Source: Lama glama (lineage: Eukaryota). Taken from it: a stretch of 64,000 nucleotides of DNA. Position 1 is the stretch's first letter, and every line of letters starts with the position of its first letter. The notes under the pieces were generated by a model. That model was not told where the DNA came from and ran no database searches. It worked only from the letters and a program-made list of their open reading frames with translations. Made by a program: the position numbers and the translations under genes. Below are positions 52,175 to 64,000 of the stretch, piece by piece. The stretch lies in contig CM052816.1 in the NCBI GenBank assembly GCA_028534125.1, positions 3,970,001 to 4,034,000 of the forward strand. Direction: 5' to 3'.

Positions 52175-52285
52175 GGGGAGGGTGTAGCTCAGTGGTAGAG
52201 CACATTCTTAGCATGTGCAAGGTCCTGGGTTCGATCCCCAGTACCTCCACTAAAAAAAAAATATTAATAATAAAAATTTCAAAAA
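52175..52285 (+). mobile_element. tRNA-Ala(AGC)-derived SINE (camelid Vic-1 type)
   Basis: ggggagggtgtagctcagtggtagagcacattcttagcatgtgcaaggtcctgggttcgatccccagtacctcca plus A-rich tail; A box 52185-52195, B box 52228-52238. Confidence 0.9.
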
Positions 52286-52429
52286 GGAAGGTACTCAGTT
52301 AAGTACATTAAAAAACAAAGACATGAAGCATCCTTTCACAGTCTTCTCTCTTGTATTTACTTCACATTGCTTCCTCGGGTACATTTTCATCAGTTTAAAC
52401 AATTTTCCTGTCATCACATCATCTTTAAA

Positions 52430-53375
52430 ATGTTTGAGATGATAGATAAAGGAAAAGTCAAACACTTACTTCTCCTTGTTTGAATGGCACCACAGGGTAA
52501 TCAAGTAATTAGTTGTTCAGGGAAGTTACTCTTTACAGAAAACTCCCAACTAATAAATGTGTGAGAAATGATATAGCATCACTTTGCATTGCTTATTGAA
52601 ATAAAGGAGCCAGTGAATTGACTCAAGGGCTTATAAACCCAAAAGGTGAAAACCTCAGGGCCAGTTTTGTAACAGATGGACGAAACCGGTAACATAAAAA
52701 CCTGATGATTAATCATAACAAAAAGACAGGCAATGTGATGTTATGTACCCTCTAAAATAGAGCAGTAAGAAATACATGAACTACCTTCAAAATAACTCCA
52801 AATTTGAACCTGAATCTGATAAAGGCTCTAACCTAAAGGGTACTTGACCGGAAACACAGGGGAAAGATGTACACATTAAATAACTCCATGGGGACGTAAC
52901 CCACAAAAATCCAGAAGGTGAGAAATTTAAGAACACAACAAATAATTAAAAAAAATAAAGAGGAAACTACTACAGATTAAATGAGATCTAAGTAATATAT
53001 GAATCGAATACAACATGTGGACCTTGTTTATTCTGAACAAGGCAACTGCAAAAATCATTTGAGATAAATGAAGAAATTTTAACACTGTTTATTTGAAGAG
53101 GCTGAGAAATCTCCCTTGCATTTAAGATGAAATAGAGGTACTGTGGTTATATATGAAAAATACATGAGATATTATCATATAGAGGCATGCAGTGGGGTAT
53201 TTATTAATGTTATGATGCCTGAATTTGTTTTTAAGTAATACTTTTAGGGGAAGAGAAGAGGTTTAGATAAAATGAGATCAGCTCTATGTTAGAACTGTTG
53301 AAGCTGAATGATGGGTGCACGGAGGTTCATTCTACTGCTTTCCTGTACTTATCATTTAAATTCTCCATAATGGTT
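52430..53375 (+). mobile_element. Ancient L1 3' UTR (L1MC4/L1MC5-like)
   Basis: gggaagttactctttacagaaaactcccaactaataaatg; gaacctgaatctgat; ctgttgaagctgaatgatggg...gttcattctact. Confidence 0.75.
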
Positions 53376-53504
53376 TAAAGTGAGAAATGACGCTGCAGGT
53401 TCACAATTACAAAGCACAAATAATTTGTTTCATGCTAAAATTTGCAATTGAGCTGTTAAAATCTTCCTAAGTGATTCTGGTAATTTTTTTTCAATTTTAG
53501 TTTA

Positions 53505-55095
53505 TTTTTATTTATTATTATTTAAAATTGGAACAACCCCAAATGTACACAAATACTGCCAATGCAGAAGAAATAACTTAAAAAAAAACACACTAAACCA
53601 TTTGAAAGTAAAGTTGCCAACCTAATCTTGCATTACGATGGAGTATGTTGGTGTGTATTACCCAAGGACAGTCTCTTATATAGCACAGATCCATCAAAGG
53701 CAGGAAGTGAACACCCTTCCATTTAACCCTCAGACTCCATTCTAGTTTCCCCAACTGTTCCAAAATGTTTTTTTTAATAGCAAAAAGAACCCTGTTATCA
53801 TGCGTCTTTAGTATCTATCCTTCAATCTGAAATAGTTCCTCAATTTTTTTCCTTGAATTTCAGGATTGTCTGAAGACTATATTCCTCAATTTGAGTTTGT
53901 GTGATGTTTTCTCTTGATTAGATTGAGGTCTGTATCTCTAGCAGTAATATCCCAGAAGTGATGCTCTGTTCTTATTACTGCATCCCACCAGGGGACCCAC
54001 AATCCTCATCTGTCCCATTACTAATGTTTGGTCACTTGGCTGACTTAATTACGGTGATTTCTGCCAGGCTTCCCCACTGTAAAGTAACTCCTTAAAAATC
54101 AATAAGTAGTTTAGAGGGAGATACTGTGAATAATGTAAATATTCTATTCCTCATTAATCTTCAAATCTGGTAATTTACTCATCTGTATTAGTATGGGCTC
54201 GTGTGTGAGTTTTTAATTCAATGAGCTATAACCCACTTACTGTCCTTTATTTTGTTGTTATTATTGTCTCAGATTTAGTCAATGCAAGCTCCTCTGAGCT
54301 GGCCTCTGTGTCTTTCTGACATTTTTTTAAATCATTATTTGAGAATTTGCTTGCTTTATTGCAAAGTAAGATGCTTTAGGCTTATCTTATACTTTCTGTG
54401 GTATAACCTTAGAATCAGCCATTTCTTCACAGTCTTAGTTCTTTTAGCAAAGAATGGTATGCAGAAGTCAAGAACTGGGTGATATGTGTGTCTAGTGCCA
54501 TTGGGATGTCACTGCTTCCGGGTCATCTCAGAAGAAAGACATTAGAAATTTATAAGTATTTATGTGTTTATATATATATACGAACATAGCATAATTATAA
54601 CATTGCTTCTAATTCTAACTGCACAACAATGCATTCATTTTATTTTATGCTTGACTCATATCTTTAACAGTAAAAAATCTCGCTTTTATTATTCTTAACG
54701 TACTCATTTCTTCAATAATTTCCCTGAATGTAACCAGGCTCCCATCACCTCCACGTGCTTTCCCTCACGTGGATTACCTCTTCACACCAGACCTGGCTAC
54801 TGCTTTCCTGGTAGCCTGCCTCACCACACATGTGCCACTGTAAATGGAGGCCCTGCTTCCCTCACATGAGCCCTGACGCCCTGTGCGTGAAAACCCTTCT
54901 CTGCCTTCTTAAGCCCTGACTCCCCACTCCAAGCCACCTTCCCACACACACTCTTCATCTTGCTTGGGCTCCTACCCCCATGCCAAGCTGCCCTTTCATG
55001 TGCACTCAGTCCTCACACCCTGCTTATGTTCTGACATCTCATGATCAATCACGACTGAGCAGCTTTCCCTCACTAATGCCTTCTTGCTTGGCTTA
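53505..55095 (-). mobile_element. Ancient L1 3' UTR (L1MC4/L1MC5-like), reverse
   Basis: aaccatttgaaagtaaagttgcca...caggcttccccactgtaaagtaactc...agaatcagccatttcttc; a similar C-rich segment resumes at ~56636-56740. Confidence 0.7.
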
Positions 55096-55120
55096 TCTTT
55101 TAATTAAATGTTTTATTTTA

Positions 55121-55988
55121 TGGCTCTTATCAAGAAGACAAGAGACAACAAATGTTGGCAAGGATATAGAGAAAAGGGTATCTTGGTGCACCATTAGTGG
55201 GAGTGTAGAAGGGTGTAGTCACTATGGAAAACAGTACGGAGATTCCTCAAAAAATTAAAAATAGAACTATCATACAACCCAGCAATTCTTATTATGAGCA
55301 TATATCCAAAGAAAATGAAATAACTATCTCAAAGAGTTATCTGCACCCCACGCTCAATGCAGCATTATTCGCAGACACAGCTAAGACACAGAAACGACCT
55401 AAGTGCCCATTAACAGACACATGGATAAGGAAAATGCGGTAGATACACAGATAATATGGAGTATGATTCAGCCACATGAAAAGAAGGAAATCCTGCCATT
55501 TGCAACAACGTGGATGGACCTCAAGGACATTATGCCAAGTGAAGTAAGTCAGACAGAGAAAGACACATACTGTTCATTCTCACTTAAATATGGCATCTAA
55601 AAAAAGCTGAACTCACAGAAATAGGGAGTACAATGGTGATTTCCCAGGGCTGGGAGACAGAGGAAAACACAGAGATGTGGGTCCAAAGATACACACGTCC
55701 ACCTGTAAGATGAGTAAATTCTGGAGATCTAATGTACAACACGGAATCTCTAATTAACAACACTGTATGATACACTTGCAAGTTGTCAAGAGAGTAAGAC
55801 CTAAAATAATACACACACAGAAACCCATTTCATCACACACAAAAATGATAACTACATGAGTGGACAGAGGTGCCAACTAGTCTTACTGTGGTAATCATTT
55901 CACTCTGTACATGTATCAAATAATTACACTGTACACCTTAAAATTACATATGTTCCATGTTAGTAACATTTCAATAATGCTGGGAACA
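55121..55988 (+). mobile_element. L1 3' end (L1MA9-like)
   Basis: ORF2 C-terminus EILPFATTWMDLKDIMPSEVSQTEKD; 3' UTR gtaagatgagtaaattctggagatctaatgtacaac. Confidence 0.92.
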
Positions 55989-56635
55989 TATTTTAAGATA
56001 GTTGCAGATTCACACACACAGGTTGAAGAAGTCATACAGAGATCCCATTTACCCTTTCTGCCCTCAAAATGATATCTCATGGAACTATAATATCACAAAA
56101 CAGGAGACTGATGTTAATATAACCACCAGTGTTATTCAGATTTCCCAGATTTTACATGCATATGTTATGTGTATGTATTTAGCTACATGCAACTTAATCA
56201 CGTGGAGAGATTTAGGTCAACACAGCCAGTCAATACACAGAACAGTTATCTCACTGGAAGAAATCTCTCGTGTTGTCCTTTTATAACCACCTGCACCCCC
56301 TCTACCAGGCACCATCACCCCTAATCCTTGGCAACCACCAATCAGACCTCCACTTCTGTAATTTTGTTATGTGAAGTACGTGATATAAAAGGTTTCAAAC
56401 AGTGTGTGGCCATGTGGGACTGCCTTTTTTTACTCAGCCTAGTTTCTGAGAGATGCATCCAAGTTGGCGCATTTATCAGCAGCTCCCCTGTTTACTGCTC
56501 AGTGGTACTCCCACGTACAGATGCCGCACGGTTTCTTTAACTGTATTCACGGGCTGTAGAACGTCTGGGTTTTAGTTTAGGACTATGATGAATAAAGTGT
56601 CTGTGAACGTGTGCAAATAGGCTTGTTGTGTGAAC
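55989..56635 (-). mobile_element. L1 3' UTR (L1MC2/L1MC3-like), reverse
   Basis: gatagttgcagattcaca...atacagagatcccatttaccc...ttattcagatttccc...tggcaaccaccaatc. Confidence 0.75.
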
Positions 56636-57710
56636 ACCCCACATGGCTTCTGACACCCTGCAGTGGACTGCACCCCTACACAGAACCCCTCAGAGTGGGT
56701 TTTAGTGCCACTATAGAGAGCCACCATGCTCTCCACAACCTATTTCTCCCAACCCGTACCCTGCTTACTAGATTTTAGGATGGAATGGTATGAAAGGGGA
56801 CTATGAAGTGGTGTAACTGACAATAAACATTGTGCAAAGACTAGTTCAGAGAACACATTTCCAGCATGCAGTACTGTAGTGACTGTACCGGGCAGGCATT
56901 CAATGAACGTCTGTGAACGGGGGAAGACCCATTTGAGAATTTGTGTCTCCAACAGACAAAGCAAACTCAGTTTCTTAATTTAGTAAATGGTGAATCTAAA
57001 GCCCTTAGATCAGGAGAACAAATGATGTCATAAAAGAGAGAGGAATGGAAGAAAGTATTAAGAAAGTTCCTAAAGAAGAAAGAGTTGGAATGGGCACTAA
57101 CCCATGGTTCCATCCTGGCTAATTCCCCCCACTGTCTGCATCTCACACTCTACGCATGGACGTTCCCTGTCAACCCACAATGAGCTACTCTCCCTCCATG
57201 TCAACATGGTAAGGAGATAAACTTGTGATCTACCTTACCTTCTCAACAACACTTTCTCTAATTCTGGATTTAAGTGGAATTGCTGAAAATCGACTTGCTA
57301 AATGATTAATTTTTCCAATGTATCCTATTAGCTAAATTATTAAGGATCCCCTCCTCCACCCCAATAGTTCTGATTTTATTATGAATTCCCAACGGCCAGT
57401 TAGCTGTGGACTTACAGGGTCACTGGGCCAAAATCCATTTCTCATGTTTCAAATTTCTGAGTTTCCGCTGATCTCAATTTCTCAATGGTTTACAAACAAT
57501 TGGTTAAGTTTTCCTTTAAGGGCAGTGAACTGTCTTCTCTATATGCGCTGTCTCTCCCAGTGAAACAGCTTTGGTGAACTGTCATAAACCCATTTTAAGG
57601 TGATTTTCCTGACAGCCTTTTAAGAATCATTTAATAAACTGATCTAGAGCCAACAACTGTCATCTAATAGCAAATTATTTGTTCTCCGACTTTCTCAAGC
57701 TGCTATGTCC

Positions 57711-58042
57711 CAGTGCTTCTCAGCATACGGGTGTGAAGAATCAGCAATTTGTTGTCATTGCTCTGTTTTTTTTCAGTCAACCTGCCGCTGATAAATGCTG
57801 CTGTAATACACAATACATATGAATTATGAGGAAATGAGAATGTAAAATTAAAACATAAGACAAAACCCCACAAAATATAAGCTTCAATTTTTTAAAAAAA
57901 ATGAAATTAAACAAACAAAAAGCACTATGTGAAACTGGTCTGGCAGTTTCTAAGCACTTACTCTCAATTCCAGTCCTCCCGTAACAGACAAACGCCAGTG
58001 CAATGCGGCGCCGGCCAGCAGCCCCCACTTTGAGTGGTGCTG
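57711..58042. mobile_element. hAT-Charlie MITE (subfamily uncertain)
   Basis: Termini cagtgcttctca ... cactttgagtggtgctg with an AT-rich interior. Confidence 0.65.
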
Positions 58043-58328
58043 GCTGTACGGACCCTTCTCACACCTAATTGTATCTTGGCTTCTTATTCTCGAAGACTTC
58101 CCTCATTTGCATCTCTCTCCAGGCGCCTTACATGCTCTTTGAGGTCAAAGACAATGTTTTCTATTTTGTTAGCATCCCCCAAAGCATTCAGCCTAATAGA
58201 GCTTAAGAAATTCTTATTGATCAAGAGAAGACAGCTTATCTATTCTTTTGCTTCCTTCTGTTTTTTTCTTCTCCTGTTGCATTCTATATTTGAATACAAC
58301 ACATTTTAAATCCTTTTTGGAATGGAGG

Positions 58329-58535
58329 CACAAGTTGCAAATCGGTGGCCTACAGGCTAGTTATGGACAATAAATAAGATTTGTCCAACAGAATTTATTA
58401 AAAGTTAGCCTTCAAGTTATTTTAAAAACACTGGCAACCCGAGGACCACATTCACGTCTGGCAAAAGCCTGGCCCTGGGTAGGGCTGCCCCTTCTGGATG
58501 CGGAGGACCCTCTCCATTCTCCACAGTCCTTATTT
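58329..58535. mobile_element. MER102-like hAT-Charlie fragment
   Basis: gttgcaaatcggtggcctacagg...ctggcaacccgaggaccacattc...ggctgcccct...ccacagtcc. Confidence 0.65.
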
Positions 58536-60201
58536 AAGCTGCCAGCTTGGAAACTTTAGCCTTTTGAAACTGCAACCACTAATCATGGGGAATAAAATCA
58601 AGGTCAATGGACCCCACAAACAAAAATAAAGCACAGAAAGAGCCCCAACAAACCATTACAGGAGCTTATGCTTCCATTCCGCTTACAGGTCTAAAGCATT
58701 AAATTACCCCCACCAAAATCTCACAAAACCACATGTGAAGGGCTGGACAGAATGGTTCTCATTTACAGGCGGGAAGACTGAAGTTCAGAGGGTAAGTAAC
58801 TGATCCAGACTCCAGAGTGAGTAGATGAAAATACCCGGACCCAGAGCTAGTTTCCCCGTGAAGCAGCATAGCGTACGTGCTACACAGCCATGCACCACTC
58901 ACGCACAAACTAGACTCAATGGTTTCATTTCCTAAGCGTTTTTTATACATACTACAATGAAAAACAAGCTTCTTCCCCCTCTCTAATGTACAAAATCTAT
59001 TTTCACATTCATCTGCTCAAATTTCATAGTGGATCTGTGATAGGAGCAATAGTTTTTTAGCTTCTAACTAACAGATTCTTTTTTTTAAAGTTTTTCTTAT
59101 CTATTATTTTGAACTGTACTCTTCCTCATCGGACCAACCAAACCTGATCCTTTATTCTCAAGTCAAAATGTGCTACCGGGCTCCAGACCAAATTGGAATG
59201 ATTCCAGGAATGGAGCAAGTCATCAAAGGAGTCCTCACATTTTCTTTCTTTGTTGGAAAGTGTTCAGGCCACCACTGGGAATGCCTTTCGTCTGATGACA
59301 AAAATGGTAGCTTCCTTACAGGCCAAACCCCAGGATCTCACTGAGAAGTTCCTGGAGAACACTGATCAGGAATTCTTCCAGAAGTCTCATGTCAGAGCAG
59401 AAGAAGCAGTGCCACATGCTTATTAATAACCCTCTGTAATAGACTGTAGGGCACAAATGTTTGGGGTCACAGCAATCAGTCCACAAGTGGGTACCGACTT
59501 AAATAAGGGCTCTTGGCTTTCTGTGGTCCTGGGGGTTGTTTTAGCCAGTAGTGAAGCCACGCTTGACACATTTTAACATCGAAGTGAGCTGTTCAGTAGA
59601 GCCACATATGACCCACTACATTTAAAGTGATTAAAGTTTGATAAATTAAAAATTCAGTTCCTAGATACATGGCAAGCACTCAATAGCCATAAGGGCCAAG
59701 AGAACATAAAGTCTAACCTGTGCCTGACCCACAGGGAGAGGGCTGGAGCCACAGGGACCAGCCTTCTGCATCCCTAGGGGTGGGGAGGGCCAATTCCAAG
59801 AGACTAAGGCAGGTGTCCAGAGACTGGGGCCGCTCTGAGCCATGAGCCAATGACACGGCTGGAAGATGGATGGCCACCCAGTGATGAGGACCTGGGCTCG
59901 AATGCCATCTACTGCAGGAGACAGTGGGCTGTCTTACTTCACTGAATAAAGCCCAACAAAAAATAAAATCACAAATACAAAGTTGAATGAGTAAAACCTT
60001 TCCTTCGACTCTTTATTAGCTTTTCCTTCTACCCTTCGGAGTTTTATTGGTTCTTAACTTCCCCACCTGACTATAATCTCCTTGGGGATAGGATCTATGA
60101 CTCTTTTCGTACATTGTATCTCTACTAAATGGTATATATTAGGTGTGTGTATTTATTGAATGATTATTGACTTCAACAATTGTCTTTAAAAGCACTGTAA
60201 T

Positions 60202-60337
60202 TATGGTGAACACAGATCCTGTTTTGCCATGTGTATTCCAGTCGATGTCAGTTGCTCTAATGTATGTATTTATTAATAGAATTCTCCTTTCTCTCAAAAG
60301 TGCCCCGATCTGTTTGATAAATTATATGGTCAGTCTA
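60202..60337. mobile_element. MER94-like hAT-Blackjack MITE
   Basis: tatggtgaac ... ctctcaaaagtgccccg...gataaattatatggtcagtcta. Confidence 0.75.
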
Positions 60338-62109
60338 GCTTAAAGGACACAGAGTCAAGGTACCAGGAGAACAATGAGCACAGGAGTGACTTTAGCAGCT
60401 ACTTCAGTTACTTCTTTCAGGGCACCTGTACGCTGGTATTTGATCTAACAGTACAGGCGATCCCTCTAGAGACAAAACATGCAAATTTAATTAAAAAAAT
60501 TTTTTTGTTTTGCTCAGAATTCTGACTCAGATGTGCGTTACCCTACTGGTTATAACCTGGTTTTTCAGGAGGGGAGGGGGCATTAAAAATAAATGTATAT
60601 AAAATTAGCAACATGCGCTGGTAACTAAGTTGAATGTATAAAATGATCAGTTGATATTCTTAACTACAGATGGTAGCACAGTTAACTCTTGCAGACTGAG
60701 AACTCACTAGAGCTGAAATTAATGTCCTTTCGCTAAACCCAAAGGGATAATAGGACAAAGTAAATGAGGTTCATCTTGAGTGTGTAATAAGGCACACGCT
60801 GTGATCTTGTCTCATTCCCAAGTACAGCACATTTTAAGGGAAAAAAACCTATCTTTTGATCAATTCATGATCTGCTAATCTTTGTGTGAGGGGAAGGATT
60901 TATTTATAAATAAAAAAATTCTATCACTCAGACTTTTCTCCTTCAACCATTTTTCTAAAATAATTTTTCTAAAAAGGTAGTTGGGTATATTACATTACCA
61001 ACAAGTATATAAGTTTTTTTTTCATAAGAAGAAACAGCTTACAATATATCCTATTCATATGCACTAAACTATGTTTGTTTAGTTCAAGAACAGTTGATGA
61101 GAAGGTGAGGGAAAATGCACTGATTTCATGGAAACCTCACTCCTCTCTAGATTTCCCAATTCCCATAATAAGAGAGAGAGTATAGGCCTCTGAATTCTTG
61201 GATTTATAAAGAATTTCAGAGAATAAAATACTTGAAACAAAAGAAAACGATACCCAATTATAATCTTGTTATCTGAAGTACATCCAGCTTTCTAATGAAC
61301 TTTTACATAATGGATTCATGTTCATCAAAATCCTTAAGGTTCTGAATAATTGAATTACAATGATTTCACTTGGAGGACAGACCATGTTGTATTTTACCCA
61401 AAATTATCCTTAATGGGGAGAAGAAGAAAAGAGCTGCCTCTTTAATTAAGAAATGAAGTTAATTCCTAATCAATTGAAGAACAACTCTATTTATCTCTGA
61501 CAAAGCTCTGAGTGACACTGTGCTCAGCAAACACATGTTTACCATTGGCTGTCAGAAACCTACCCAGTTCTGCCTATTTCTCTAGTCCCATTTCCTTCCT
61601 GCCCTATAGGCAGGTAGCTTATAGAGGTGAAAAGTCAAACCAAAGGGATAAGATATATTTTTAAGATATGACTATGTTCCCTTGCTTACTCATTTCCTCT
61701 TTTTTTTTTAAACACTGATAGAAATTATCCAAGAGTCACATGCTGCAATGCTATTGATCTTCTGCCTCAGAACAAAGTTGTGCACCAAATGGAATTATAA
61801 AGCCCAGGTCAACCACGCCACATGCACAATTACTCAAATTTCATTTGCAAAAATGGGCTTCCGTTACTTATCCAAACTGTGAGCCTCAGTCACTGCTGTT
61901 GAGAATTCCTCCTCTTTGAAATAGTCTTCTCTTCTCTATGTAAATCCTACCAGAGACTTAGGAAGGGCAAAGACCATACATTATCAGGTTACAGACTTTG
62001 ATTTATAATCAAGTCTCACTGATATTACAGGAAATACTCTTCAGCTCTGTAAAAACCCTCCATGTGAGATGAATTATACCTTAGTAGAATATGCCCATTT
62101 ACTCTTCCA

Positions 62110-62480
62110 TCAGGACTATTTTGGTTGCAAGCGACATAAACCTCAGGTACAGGTGTTGACCCAAGGGATCATATGATGATAACCCTATGTGGTTCCTCCA
62201 TCTCTTGGATGTGTTCCTCTCCAAGTGTCATTATGCTCAGTTTCTATGTGAGAGCATTTGGCTTCCAGAAGCACCATAATAACATTTGCCCAGGTCTAAA
62301 TCCAATAAATATCTATCAGTTCTTACAAGTTGTCTAGACTTTTACTACTGATTCTAGATCTGCGAGCCAATCACTGAAGCAAACGGAACTAAATCCTGTG
62401 ATTGTGACTGACAGACATGAGCGCCAAGCTCAGGGACCAAGAGCAGAGACAAGAGGTTCTTGCCTAGCAAAATCAGGCAT
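62110..62480 (-). mobile_element. MaLR (MLT1-type) LTR
   Basis: tcaggactattttggttgcaagcgacataaacc; gagccaatcactg. Confidence 0.65.
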
Positions 62481-62942
62481 TGGTGCAAAGACTGAGAATG
62501 ACCACACTTCAAAACTGAGAACAGTTTTCTCGTCTCTAAATCACCACACCTACTGCAGACTCACCTTCCTTGATAATGCCAAGTATCAGGAATTATTCCT
62601 TGAAAAAGCCCCTGTTAATTGAGACACTGGTATCTTCTAGATTAAATGAAGATGTTTATTAAGTAGGGACATGTTAACTAATACTGCTTTCTTAAATCCA
62701 TTTATTAGGTCACAGAGACCCTTCAAGAGAGGTTGAGGATGTGAGAAAAGAGCTACAACAGTCTTAGCTTTCCCTATACCACAAAGTCTTGCCTTCTCAT
62801 TCACATAGCAACCCAGAATTATAGAATCTCTCATTCGGAAGACACTTGAAAGCACTCTTTTCACCTTGGAACTCCTCAACAAGATTTCTACCAAATGGAC
62901 ACCCAACTTTGGACACTTCTAGGACAAAGAATTGTCTAGTAC

Positions 62943-63126
62943 TATGACTGCCAGACAAAACAGGCTGACTAGTTAAACTAGAATTTAAAATGATTAAAAA
63001 TGTTTTCATGTACGTATATTCCAAATATGGCATGGGACATACTTATCCAAATATTATTTGTTGTGTATTTCAAATTCCAATGTATGGTGGCCTGTTAAAT
63101 TTTATCTGTTAAATACAGCAACCCTA
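62943..63126. mobile_element. MER53 palindromic hAT MITE
   Basis: tatgactgccag ... cagcaacccta; centre ccaaatatggcatgggacatacttat; TSD tctagtac/tgtactac (6/8). Confidence 0.85.
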
Positions 63127-63444
63127 TGTACTACCCATGAGCACCATTCTCTCTTCAAACTATTCTGACAATTGAAAAGTTCTTCCATACCTAAACCTTA
63201 AACTTCCAGAGGGCACATATGGCTACCAAACTGAGTCCCCTTCAAATATTACCTGATCAAGTGCTTACAGCAGGATTGGTTTTGTTTTTTTTTTCCCAAA
63301 TGGTGTCGTGCTGTCCAGTGTCCTAATGACCTCCCTATGGAGAAGTCGGGGAGGGGCACTAATGGATTGGGCTCATGCCTCCCATCCATGTTTCTGCTCT
63401 GCTCTGGGATATTAATCTAAGCTTCAGAGTTACAATCTACATTT

Positions 63445-64000
63445 TCAAATAATTACAAAAATACTGGGTGAAGAGAACGAAAAGACAAGCCACAGTCTAG
63501 GAGAAATTATTTGCAAAACCCCTGTATTAAAAAAGACTGGAATCCAACATAAACAAAGAACTCTTAAAACTCAACAATAGGAAAATAGACAAACCAATTA
63601 TTATTATAATACTGTATGGCATATTCGAAAGCTGCTAAGGAAGTACATCTTTAGAGACTTCATCACAAGAAAAAAATTGTAACTATATATGACGTCAGAT
63701 GTTAACTAGATTTACTGTGGTGATCATTTTGCAATATATACAAATATCAAATCATTGCATTGCAGACCTGAAACTAATACAGTAGTATAGGTCAACTGTG
63801 AAAGAAAACAGACAAGCCAATTAAAAACTGACCAAAGGATGTGAATAGACATCTCAACAAAGAAGACCTGCAGATAGCAAATAATCATATGAAGAGATGT
63901 GCAACATCATACATCATTAAGGAACAGCAGACTGAAACAGCAATGAGACATCACTGCACATCTATCAGAAAGGTGAAAATCCAAAATACTGACACCACCA
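63445..64000 (+). mobile_element. L1 ORF2 3' fragment running off the window, with a nested L1 3' UTR at 63601-63803
   Basis: aaagaactcttaaaactcaacaat...gaatagacatctc...catatgaagagatg; nested piece flanked by gaaaatagacaaaccaatta / gaaaacagacaagccaatta. Confidence 0.9.

Noticed and set aside
52175..52249. Functional tRNA-Ala gene
   Set aside because: Genomic CCA plus A-rich tail and a mispaired anticodon stem indicate a retroposed SINE.
57239..57331. Minus-strand exon candidate (LIGYIGKINHLASRFSAIPLKSRIRESVVEK) with strong donor AAG|gtaagg
   Set aside because: The acceptor lacks a polypyrimidine tract and three AG options compete. The phase would fit the 38.6-kb candidate, so it is worth rechecking only if RNA-seq exists.
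62565..62611. 47-nt minus-strand exon candidate with donor AAG|gtgagt
   Set aside because: Weak acceptor, adjacent to a MaLR LTR, short, and unsupported.
1..64000. CRISPR array, operon, prophage, endogenous viral coding sequence, rRNA/snRNA or NUMT
   Set aside because: No regularly spaced repeat-spacer array, gene-dense segment, gag/pol/env ORF or recognisable structural-RNA or mitochondrial sequence found by eye. Very old or short relics cannot be excluded without a search.

Overview
Mammalian nuclear DNA, AT-rich and repeat-dense. It is very probably a camelid (alpaca/llama/camel), judging from a tRNA-Ala(AGC)-derived SINE of the camelid Vic-1 type and camelid-style L1 3' tails. Most of the window is interspersed repeats: L1 of several ages (often nested), MIR, L2, MaLR/ERV1 LTRs and hAT DNA transposons (Charlie1a, MER5, MER20, MER53, MER58, MER94, MER102). 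A 500-N assembly gap lies at 41618-42117. I recognise no complete gene. L1 orientation bias and a few splice-flanked open frames suggest large introns of an unidentified minus-strand gene; the best candidate exon is 38428-38651. I see no convincing new biological system. The best leads are that exon, a MER41-like LTR fragment with a tandem pair of perfect NRF2/AP-1 sites, an E-box/CpG cluster near 1-1.5 kb, and repeat-free motif-rich blocks. Repeat names come from my recall of consensus sequences, not a search, and boundaries are approximate unless TSDs or TIRs are cited.
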